DNA from: Thermostichus sp. DRC_bins_24 | GTDB taxonomy: Bacteria > Cyanobacteriota > Cyanobacteriia > Thermostichales > Thermostichaceae | Assembly: GCA_039794845.1 (NCBI GenBank) | Contig: JAUQVK010000043.1 | Coordinates: 1-18,078, forward strand | Length of the DNA stretch: 18,078 nt | Direction of reading: 5' to 3' | Shown: piece by piece, positions 1 through 7,330 of the stretch | How positions within the stretch are numbered: position 1 is the stretch's first letter | How the letters are laid out: every line of letters starts with the position of its first letter | The notes under the pieces: model-generated | Told to the model about the DNA's origin: nothing | The model's input: the letters and a program-made list of their open reading frames with translations, nothing else | The model's database searches: none | Position numbers and translations under genes: made by a program

Positions 1-528
1 ATTCTGGATCCTGAGGATTTGGGTCTGAATCAACCAGAGACATTTCCCCTGGAGCCATCCCGGATTGCAGAAATTTGGGCAATCCGACAAGCCAACCCAA
101 ATCTGAATATCACTGTCGGATCCCCTGACTACGCTGGAATCATCAGCCCCCGAAGAGAAAAACATATTCTCTATGGTGATGCCAGTGGCGGAGGTCATCT
201 CTCTGGGGTTGGGAACGCTAAGAAGTCTGAGTATCCGCCTAGTTGGACACCCCAAAAGATCCTGGAAACAGCAGCAGACCTTGCCACACGGCCAGGGTTG
301 GGGTGGTGGCAGCAAGACGGGCCTGGACAAGGCACTGTCCACACATCACCTCCGGGCTCAATCTTTACCAATGCAGGAAAACCAGTTCGATATATTGTCA
401 TTGATCCAAGTGGAAGCTTGCCAATCGTAGATGGGGTTACCATTCGGGTTGTTATTGAGCCAGACGGGGAAGGAGTCATTACAGCGGTTCCCATAAGTGG
501 CCCCGGTGTGATTAGAAATCCACCCTAG
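1..528 (+). CDS. C-terminal part of a polymorphic toxin with a bacterial EndoU ribonuclease domain (MafB-CT-like); 5' end lies outside the window
   Basis: Frame 1 is open from base 1 (ILDPEDLGLNQPETFP...). Motifs HILYGD-x2-GGGH, K-S-E-Y-P-x2-W-x3-KI and C-terminal DGVTIRVVIEP...VITAVP match EndoU toxin domains such as the Neisseria MafB EndoU C-terminus as I recall it. Confidence 0.85.
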   Translation: MLDPEDLGLNQPETFPLEPSRIAEIWAIRQANPNLNITVGSPDYAGIISPRREKHILYGDASGGGHLSGVGNAKKSEYPPSWTPQKILETAADLATRPGLGWWQQDGPGQGTVHTSPPGSIFTNAGKPVRYIVIDPSGSLPIVDGVTIRVVIEPDGEGVITAVPISGPGVIRNPP

Positions 529-590
529 TAGGGCGGCACACTTAAGAATGAGGATGAAGGCTTTGTATCGAGCATTATTGGTAAAAAAAT

Positions 591-702
591 GGCTCTCCTG
601 ACTTTATGGTGACAGCATAAGAGTCTCCCGATGTCAACGTCTTACAGGGTAAGGATCCTAGACTTCGCAATGAGCCGCCTCCACCACGTTTCCAGGAGAG
701 CC
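591..702. mobile_element. 112-bp non-autonomous miniature element with ISL3-like ends
   Basis: Terminal IRs GGCTCTCCTG-N6-TGGTG at both ends (591-611 and reverse complement of 682-702), flanked by direct repeat AAAAAAT (584-590 and 703-709). GGCTCT ends and AT-rich target duplications are typical of ISL3. Confidence 0.75.
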
Positions 703-805
703 AAAAAATGGAGCTTAAAGTCTCCACTTGGCTGTATCAACTTTTGGCTTTCACTTAATTGATTGCCAAATCAAGTTCTAAATCTTTGGATTTCGGAGAG
801 ATAAA

Positions 806-1126
806 ATGACCCCTGAAGAAATAGAAATCTACCGAGAAGCAGAAGCAGCATTTCAATATGTGGTCAATCTGATTGAAAGTAGATTTGACCAGATCCCTGA
901 CGATGAAACAAAAAATAGCTTGAGGAGACGCATTGAAGAATTTGTTAAAATATACGTGGAGGATGGAGAAATCGGTATTGCATATGAAAGCTTAGTCAAT
1001 CAATTATATGATCTCTCGATACCTATTTCTAGAGAGATTTATCAAGGAATGGAGAAATACAGTCTTTGCTTTCCTACTCCGCCAGAGGATCATAAGATTC
1101 TCATAGAACTAGTTGTCGACTCCTGA
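806..1126 (+). CDS. Immunity protein, MafI-like (probable cognate of the EndoU toxin)
   Basis: Small acidic 106-aa protein downstream of the toxin, with GGAG RBS at about 796-799. YVEDGEIGIAYESLVNQLYDLSIPISREIY fits the MafI pattern Y-x3-E-x2-A-(F/Y)E-x-L-x2-(Q/Y)-L-x-(D/E)-x2-I. Confidence 0.72.
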   Translation: MTPEEIEIYREAEAAFQYVVNLIESRFDQIPDDETKNSLRRRIEEFVKIYVEDGEIGIAYESLVNQLYDLSIPISREIYQGMEKYSLCFPTPPEDHKILIELVVDS

Positions 1127-1166
1127 GTTTAAGCAGGCAGTTTATTCATGGTTAGCAATTAGCTAA

Positions 1167-1521
1167 ATGCAATCCTTTAGGCTGTCTCCAATCGGGATCC
1201 AGACTAATTCCTCTGATCCCCCCACTGGCATAGGAGACGGGATCCCTGGCCAATTACCCAGATTCGGGGAAGGATTGGATCCTTTTTCGCCTGAAGACTA
1301 TATCCTTTATGCCACCACTGCTGAGGGAGTTCAGATTCGGATCCCTCAAAATCATGGACATTGGGACGGGATCCCTGGGGAATCGGGGTGGCATTCTAAT
1401 CTACCGGAAGTGATTGCCGTAACGGGTGGAGTACCGATCCTGTTTCGTAATGGCTTCCCAGACTTTGGGCCTTGGACACAAATGAGAGTTCCGCTGGAAA
1501 ATATGAAGGGTAATTACACTA
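1167..1521 (+). pseudogene. Orphan toxin cassette fragment (N-terminal half of an HNH/colicin-DNase-type nuclease toxin domain) interrupted by a MITE
   Basis: RIPQNHGHWDGIPGESGW...PILFRNGFPDFGPW...ENMKG resembles the P-x2-NG-x-W-x-G-x2-G-x-S-x-W ... NG-x-PDF segment that precedes HNH-type toxin cores. The ORF-track tail TTALARVFQ... is read-through into the MITE starting at 1522. No His-rich catalytic core remains. Confidence 0.6.
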
Positions 1522-1664
1522 CAGCCCTTGCGCGGGTCTTCCAGGACAGGGCTTGTGCTTCCTGCTCCCGCTCTGCGGGGCCTGGAGGGCTAGCCCCCCA
1601 GAGTGTAGATATCAGTGTAGATCTCAACTTCCATAGTTGTTACACGTGACCGGCACAAGGGCTG
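1522..1664 (+). mobile_element. 143-bp MITE (family A, copy 1), TA target duplication
   Basis: TA|CAGCCCTTGCGC...GCACAAGGGCTG|TA. Homologous to 1896-1999, 6411-6497 and 17479-17538. Confidence 0.85.
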
Positions 1665-1895
1665 TAAGGGAGCCGATTATGTATTGGGCACATCGAAAAA
1701 TCCAGACCTTATTGAGAATAGCAACAATAGAATAGGGCTCCTAGCCTTATCTGATTTGCAACAAGGCAATTAATCGAAGTGCCCTATTGGCCCTTAAAGG
1801 TAATCAAGGCAATACCTGTTAGGCAGTCGAAACATTGTTCAAAGGTTGGCAGGAGCAAGCATTTGCCAATCTTTCTTACAGTTATCATCCAGTTA

Positions 1896-1999
1896 CAGCC
1901 CTTTCGCTAGTCACGTATAACAACTGTGGGAGTTAGGATCCGCTCTCTAGAAGGCTGAGGAAGCACAATCCTTGCTGCAGAAAACCCGCGCAAGGGCTG
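1896..1999 (-). mobile_element. 104-bp MITE (family A, copy 2), inverted relative to copy 1
   Basis: TA|CAGCCCTT...CAAGGGCTG|TA. Its reverse complement matches copy 1 at 34/42 nt on the left end and 36/45 nt on the right end (manual ungapped count). Confidence 0.85.
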
Positions 2000-2000
2000 T

Positions 2001-2333
2001 ATCATCGCTTATCATCGCCAAGTAGAAGTCGGACATGGCCGCATTGAAACCCGGCAGCATTGGAGTGTGAATCTGGAAGACTGCGCTGCACCCGAGGTGC
2101 TGAAGCAGTGGCTGCACCTGGTGGCAATTGGTCGGGTGGATTCGGAGGCAAAAATCCGGGAGAAAACGCGTCGTAACGTACGCTACTATCCGCTTTCGCC
2201 TCCGCTGAGTACGGAAGAATTGGGGCACGTGGTACGCAGTCACCGGCAAGTAGAGAATGGTCTGCACTGGGTGCTGGATGTAACCTTAGAAAGGGCAACG
2301 GCGCAGAGAATCCGGCCATTCTCAGCCGGCTAG
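2001..2333 (+). pseudogene. ISAs1-family transposase internal fragment
   Basis: One frame from 2001 reads ...EVGHGRIETRQ...W...RYY...VRSHRQVENGLHWVLDVT, the ISAs1 signature motifs GHGRIEtR and RxHWxIENxLHWVLDVxF. N-terminus is missing, cut at the MITE. Confidence 0.85.
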
Positions 2334-2357
2334 CTTAAGGAAACAAGATTTTCTGAT

Positions 2358-2397
2358 CTTCGTGAAGGGGTCGCAGGTTCAAACCCTGTCATCCCGA
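2358..2397 (+). other. 3' fragment of a tRNA-Pro gene; probable att (island boundary) repeat
   Basis: GAAGGGGTCGCAGGTTCAAACCCTGTCATCCCGA gives a T-arm (GCAGG/TTCAAAC/CCTGT) plus acceptor 3' strand CATCCCG-A, complementary to the CGGGATG 5' end of cyanobacterial tRNA-Pro. No 5' half or anticodon loop. Sits at the accessory/core junction. Confidence 0.8.
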
Positions 2398-2510
2398 TAG
2401 ACAAAGATCTGGCTGTAACAATGGGATCCATTTTTCAGCCCTGCTACCCAGGGCTCCCTCCCCTCTTGGCCGATCTTGTTGGATGAGTTCCCTAGGTAGC
2501 AAACAAGAAT

Positions 2511-3857
2511 TTACTCGGGTTGGGGTTCTCGCCGTCGCAAAACCTGATCTCGAAGGGTACCTTCGTACCCTTGATCAGAGGGGTGATAAAAACGGGATCC
2601 CTGTAAATTGTCCGGCAGATATTGTTGCGCCACCCAGTGTTCTCGAAACGCATGAGGATAGCGGTAACCTGCCCCGTGCCCCAAGCCTTGTGACCCAGAG
2701 CCTGGGTCACCTTTCTTGTCGCGGTTGCTATCTTTCAAGTGATTGGGCACTTCATCAGAATAGGTTTGTTCGACCGCCCGCAGTGCCTCAAAAAAGCCCA
2801 ATACACTGTTGGATTTCGGGGCAGTAGCCAAGTAGAGGGCCGCATGAGCCAAAGCATAGTGTCCTTCCGGCAGACCAACCCGGTCAAACGTGGCCGCGCA
2901 GGCATTCACCACCACAATCGCTTGTGGATCTGCCAAGCCCACATCTTCACTGGCCAGGATCCCCATGCGGCGAAACAAAAAGCGGGGATCCTCTCCCGCG
3001 TGAATCATCCGCGCCAGCCAATACAAAGCAGCGTCAGGATCCGAGCCGCGTACACTTTTGATAAAGGCACTAATGCTATCGAAGTGGGCATCGCCATCCC
3101 GGTCGTAGAGCAAAGCCCGTTGTTGAATCGAATCTTCCGCCACTGCCAGGGTGATGTGAACCACACCTTCGGTGTCGGGATCCGTGGTTTCTACCGCCAG
3201 CTCCAAGGCATTGAGCAAAGCCCGCGCATCGCCATTGGCGACATTCACCCAATGGGCTAGCGCCTGTGGATCCACATTGATTTTGCGGGCACCATAACCT
3301 CGTTCCGGATCCCTGAGGGCTTGCCGAGCAATCAAGGTGAGGTCTTTCGGGGTGAGGGCTTTCAGTTGAAATAAGCGGGAACGACTTACCAGGGCCGTAT
3401 TCACTTCAAAGTAAGGATTTTCGGTGGTGGCCCCAATTAAAATCACCGTGCCATTTTCCACCCAAGGCAACAGGGCATCCTGCTGAGCCTTATTAAAGCG
3501 ATGCACTTCGTCTACAAACAAAATGGTGCGCTGGCCATACAACCGCAACCGTTCTTGAGCTTCATCGATGGCGGATCGAATGTCCTTGATCCCTGCCAAC
3601 ACGGCATTGATGGCGATGAAATGAGCACAGGTATGGTTGGCAATAATCTGGGCCAGTGTGGTTTTTCCGGTGCCGGGAGGGCCAAAAAAAATCAGGGAAG
3701 AAAGTTGATCTGCTTGTATGGCCCGTCGCAGCAGTCGGCCTTCTCCCAAAATTGCTTCTTGACCGATAAATTCTTCCAAGGTGCGGGGGCGCATGCGTGC
3801 GGCTAACGGCGCTTGTTTTTCCGCCTGTTGAGCGGCCTGATACTCAAATAAATCCAT
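2511..3857 (-). CDS. rarA: Replication-associated recombination protein A (RarA/MgsA AAA+ ATPase)
   Basis: PLAARMRP, Walker A GPPGTGKTT, Walker B DEVHRF, GATTENP, SAFIKSVRGSDPDAALYWLARM, Y-x-YPH, QQYLP. Confidence 0.95.
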   Translation of the reverse strand: MDLFEYQAAQQAEKQAPLAARMRPRTLEEFIGQEAILGEGRLLRRAIQADQLSSLIFFGPPGTGKTTLAQIIANHTCAHFIAINAVLAGIKDIRSAIDEAQERLRLYGQRTILFVDEVHRFNKAQQDALLPWVENGTVILIGATTENPYFEVNTALVSRSRLFQLKALTPKDLTLIARQALRDPERGYGARKINVDPQALAHWVNVANGDARALLNALELAVETTDPDTEGVVHITLAVAEDSIQQRALLYDRDGDAHFDSISAFIKSVRGSDPDAALYWLARMIHAGEDPRFLFRRMGILASEDVGLADPQAIVVVNACAATFDRVGLPEGHYALAHAALYLATAPKSNSVLGFFEALRAVEQTYSDEVPNHLKDSNRDKKGDPGSGSQGLGHGAGYRYPHAFREHWVAQQYLPDNLQGSRFYHPSDQGYEGTLRDQVLRRREPQPE

Positions 3858-3950
3858 CGGTTTCTGTGCGCAGCCCCTTGCTTTTTCAGGACTATTTCCA
3901 GAACTATGGGATCCCTAATGCCCAGTTTCTTACGCCCAAGTGGTAAGCCA

Positions 3951-4568
3951 CTACTCTAGCAATTCTCGCAAATCTCCATCTTCCTCCAACAGCTGTTCAA
4001 GAGCATCCCCTTCATCTTCAACACGGTAGCCCTCAACTCTAAGGGCGGAAGAGTAGGTCTCCTTTGGCTTGGAACCCAACGGCTTTCCTTTAGACGCTTG
4101 TGTGGGAGGCATTGTACGTCGGAAGGGATTGGGCCAGCGGGTGCGGCGCTCGGCCGGAATGGATACCGGTGGCTGGGTAGGTCGTTTGGGAGCCGACGGG
4201 ATCCGCTCGGAACGGGTAATGTAACGGGAGAGATCTTCCGCTGCCGGAGTTGAGGGCTGCGGGTGAGGGGTTTCTTCGGGCACCGGGGTGGGGGCGGGCT
4301 GAGATTCCACCTGGGGGATCGTGCGCGGCACTTCGCTGGTTCGGGGCAGGATCAGGTGGTTGAGGAAAAAGGTGATGGTTTCCGGCTTAACCCACCCGCG
4401 AGCCACCAAAATCTCCCCAAACAGCAGACCCGAATAGCGTTGATCCACAAGCGCCACCTGGATCTGGCCTTCACTCAGGAGGCCCGCTTGTTTCAATACC
4501 TGCCCAATGGGTTGGTTCTCCGGTTCTTTAGGGGTTGGAGTGGGTTCACTGGGCAGATCGGCGCTCAT
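3951..4568 (-). CDS. Hypothetical protein with N-terminal MshEN/GspE-N-like motif and Pro-rich disordered tail
   Basis: IGQVLKQAGLLSEGQIQVALVDQ...FGEILVARGWV. ATG at 4568 preferred over the GTG at 4625. Confidence 0.7.
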   Translation of the reverse strand: MSADLPSEPTPTPKEPENQPIGQVLKQAGLLSEGQIQVALVDQRYSGLLFGEILVARGWVKPETITFFLNHLILPRTSEVPRTIPQVESQPAPTPVPEETPHPQPSTPAAEDLSRYITRSERIPSAPKRPTQPPVSIPAERRTRWPNPFRRTMPPTQASKGKPLGSKPKETYSSALRVEGYRVEDEGDALEQLLEEDGDLRELLE

Positions 4569-4709
4569 GATTCGGGATCCCTTCAAATATGAGGAGGCAT
4601 CAGATATTGGGATGCAAACAACCACCTGCCTCCTACTTTATCTCCAAGAACCCAAAACGATACATCCTTGCAGGTGGATTTATATAGCTGGGCTCAAATG
4701 AGAAACCAT

Positions 4710-6242
4710 TCAGGCCCCGACAGCCTCCTTGGCGGCGTACATCACTTCCACACTGATCTCGGCAAAACCGCGTTCTCGGGCAAATTTTTCGGTATTGCGT
4801 TTTACTTTACCGCGCACAAAACCGGGCACTCTGTTCAGTTCCGCTTGGGCTTCCCGTGTCCAGGTGATGTCGGAATCGGCACTTAAGCCCTTGTGGATCA
4901 CTTCTTTGGTGTCGTGGCCGCCGAAGATCTCCAGCAGGTGATCCTCCATGCCCAGGGTGAAGGAGTTGTAGATCAAGTCGGTGATCTGATTGGTGCCTTC
5001 ATAGCCCAGGAAGGGCTTGTAGCCAATCGGGAAATCCTGTACATGAATGGGGGCGGAGATCACCCCACAGGGGGTATGCAGCCGCTTGCCGATGTGACGT
5101 TCCATCTGGGTGCCAAAAATCGCTGCGGGCTCAGCTTGGGCAATGGCATCGCCGACACGGGTGTGATCATCTGTCATCAGGATTTGATCGCAGTATTCCC
5201 CCACCTCCGCCTGGAACCACTCGGCATCGTAGGTGCAGTAGCTGCCCGCCCACACCACGTGAATGCCCATCTCGCGGGCCAAGATTTTGGTGATCGCCGC
5301 CGCATGGGTGGAATCCCCAAAGACCACTGCTTTTTTGCCCGTTAGGTTTTGGCAGTCGATGGAACGGGAGAACCAAGCCGCCTGGGAAACGTGCAGGGTT
5401 TGCTCTTGAATGTAGGGGTCGTAGTTGACCGGGATCCCTTGTTCATTAAGGATCCGCTGCACCTGGCGAATGAAGCGAGCGGTTTCCACCACCCCCATGG
5501 GGCAGATATCAATGAAGGGGGTGCCAAATTGCTCCTGTAGATAGTGAGCCGTCATGGGCCCCAGTTCGCGGTAGGGCACCACATTAAACCAAGCGCGCCC
5601 CAGGTGTTTGAGGTCATGGACGCTGGCCCCTTCGGGGATCACCAGGTTGAGGTCGATCTCCAGATCCCGCAGTAGCACCTTCAGCTCCCGTAGGTCGTGG
5701 GCATGGTGAAACCCGAGGCTGGAGATGCCGAGAATGTTGCAGGAGGGGCGCTCGGTCCTGGGAGGGGAGTCGCTCAGTTCCCCATTCTTACGGGCCTTGC
5801 TGGTGTAGAACTCGACAATTTGCTTGAGGGTGCGATCCGCCGCCTGCAGTTCGTTGACGCGGTAATGGTTCACATCCGCCAGCAACACATCGGCACGACT
5901 CCGCAACCGGGCCTGCTGCACAAAGTGATTCAGATCTTCCTGCAGAATGCTGGAGGTGCAGGTGGGGGTAAGAACGATCAGGTCGGGGTGTTCTTCGCCG
6001 TCTTTGCGGGTGATGTTTTGAATGACCTTTTCGTCGGATCCCCGTGCCAACACGTGCCGGTCAACCACGCTGGTGGTGACGGGGGTAAACTCGCGATCCC
6101 GCTCCAACATGGAACGCATGACATTGAAATAGTCATCTCCGAGGGGAGCATGCATGATGCTATGAACATTTTTGAAGGAGCTTGCCACCCGCAGCGTGCC
6201 GATGTGGGCGGGGCCAGCATACATCCAATAGGCCAACTTCAT
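4710..6242 (-). CDS. chlB: Light-independent protochlorophyllide reductase subunit B
   Basis: Canonical start [35 protein letters not shown] and C-terminal PCP_red domain ([17 protein letters not shown]). True start is the ATG at 6242 (510 aa), not 6386. Confidence 0.97.
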   Translation of the reverse strand: MKLAYWMYAGPAHIGTLRVASSFKNVHSIMHAPLGDDYFNVMRSMLERDREFTPVTTSVVDRHVLARGSDEKVIQNITRKDGEEHPDLIVLTPTCTSSILQEDLNHFVQQARLRSRADVLLADVNHYRVNELQAADRTLKQIVEFYTSKARKNGELSDSPPRTERPSCNILGISSLGFHHAHDLRELKVLLRDLEIDLNLVIPEGASVHDLKHLGRAWFNVVPYRELGPMTAHYLQEQFGTPFIDICPMGVVETARFIRQVQRILNEQGIPVNYDPYIQEQTLHVSQAAWFSRSIDCQNLTGKKAVVFGDSTHAAAITKILAREMGIHVVWAGSYCTYDAEWFQAEVGEYCDQILMTDDHTRVGDAIAQAEPAAIFGTQMERHIGKRLHTPCGVISAPIHVQDFPIGYKPFLGYEGTNQITDLIYNSFTLGMEDHLLEIFGGHDTKEVIHKGLSADSDITWTREAQAELNRVPGFVRGKVKRNTEKFARERGFAEISVEVMYAAKEAVGA

Positions 6243-6410
6243 GGGCGTGCTCTCGAGAAAGGACTTAGGATCCGAATCCATCTGGCGGGCATGAGCGGAT
6301 CTCCTTTGGAATTGTAGAACGACCCTTTGGCAAGAATGGGCATTTGTTATCCTCGGTAACTCCTTTTGAAAAGAAGCCTTGATCAAAAGAAAAGTCTTTC
6401 AAGCTCCTTA

Positions 6411-6497
6411 CAGCCTTTGCGCAGGTTTTCTAGGGCAGGGCTTGCGCTTCTGGGGGAGGGAGGTCTCAACCTGCAGAGTTGTCATAGGTGAAGGCAA
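6411..6497 (+). mobile_element. Degenerate MITE (family A, copy 3) upstream of chlB; right TIR lost
   Basis: TA|CAGCCTTTGCGCAGGTTTTCTAGGGCAGGGCTTGCGCTTC matches copy 1 at 34/40 nt. GGTCTCAACC...ATAGGTGA (6462-6491) matches the right arm of copy 1 at 23/30. Confidence 0.75.
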
Positions 6498-6654
6498 GTT
6501 CAATTGCGCGGATCCCCCCTGTTTCACTTGAGCGGTTCGTTTCAGAATGGGAATAGGGGGTGTATGGTTGCCGACCCACTCCCCCCGAAGCCACACCAAT
6601 GCAAAGACAAAGGAAAGGCCCAGCTATCTTCGGATGGTTACAGGAGGGAAATTC

Positions 6655-6670
6655 TGTAGTTTTCGTTACA
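6655..6670. promoter_or_regulatory. Candidate NtcA-binding site
   Basis: TGTAGTTTTCGTTACA is a perfect GTA-N8-TAC with TGT/ACA flanks, in a divergent intergenic region. Confidence 0.55.
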
Positions 6671-6880
6671 TATTAACTTTCGAAGACAAAGTGTGTACCC
6701 CTGTAACATTGGTCGGAGATTTTGTTTTACACAAGCCAGTTTCCGATTGGGAGGGGCAGACTAAGGGAGGGGGTGTAACCAATGTTTCCCCCGATACAGA
6801 GAACCATCGATTGCTTGCTGACCCAGCGTTTGGACAATTCGAAAGGGGTATAGCTCCTTCAGGGTGTGAGGTGAAGACCT

Positions 6881-7246
6881 ATGGGTTCTACAACGATTTC
6901 CTTGCAACGTATTCGCAAAGCTCCTCAGGAGCTAACTGTTTCCATGACTTCTTTGCACCTCAAGTCCACGGCTCGCCTGCGTGACTGGTTGCAGGCCCCG
7001 TTGCGACCCATTCAATCCACTATCGATAACTTTCGTATTCGCGATCCCCGCTTGGCCCGGTTCTTTTGCAAGTGGATCCCGGCCCAGTGTCCCTTCGAAC
7101 GAGACCTGGTGCTGTTTGGCCACAAAGTGATGCACATTCCGCCGCTGTGTAAGCTCAACCCCTTCTACGACCAGGTGGCTGGGCTGCGCTTTCGGGCCTT
7201 GTCTTTTCTGGCGGAACAGGGGGAAGATGTGACCCCCTATTTGTGA
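6881..7246 (+). CDS. Mo-dependent nitrogenase C-terminal domain (Mo-nitro_C) family protein; not a nitrogenase
   Basis: IPAQCPFERD-x3-FG-x5-IPPLCKLNPFYDQ-x3-LRFRAL is the family signature. Alternative start at ATG 6944. Confidence 0.85.
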   Translation: MGSTTISLQRIRKAPQELTVSMTSLHLKSTARLRDWLQAPLRPIQSTIDNFRIRDPRLARFFCKWIPAQCPFERDLVLFGHKVMHIPPLCKLNPFYDQVAGLRFRALSFLAEQGEDVTPYL

Positions 7247-7330
7247 ATCGGAGGAATCGGAAGAACTGAGGGTGATCCCACAGGCGCTCATCCATTCCAC
7301 GCCGGGAAAAAAGCCGGGGATCCCCATCCC

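Noticed and set aside
1947..2319. Minus-strand ORFs sharing TALARVF with the 1167 ORF
   Set aside because: They are antisense to the ISAs1 fragment; the shared peptide is the translated MITE end.
2358..2397. Functional tRNA gene
   Set aside because: Only the 3' half is present; no D-arm, anticodon loop or 5' acceptor strand.
6243..6386. N-terminal extension of ChlB in the ORF track
   Set aside because: Conserved ChlB begins at MKLAYWMY (6242); the extension is an incidental open frame.
6547..6984. 145-aa ORF
   Set aside because: No recognisable motifs; it spans a regulatory region and overlaps the Mo-nitro_C gene out of frame.
6881..7246. Nitrogenase subunit
   Set aside because: The family name is misleading; there are no NifH/D/K motifs.
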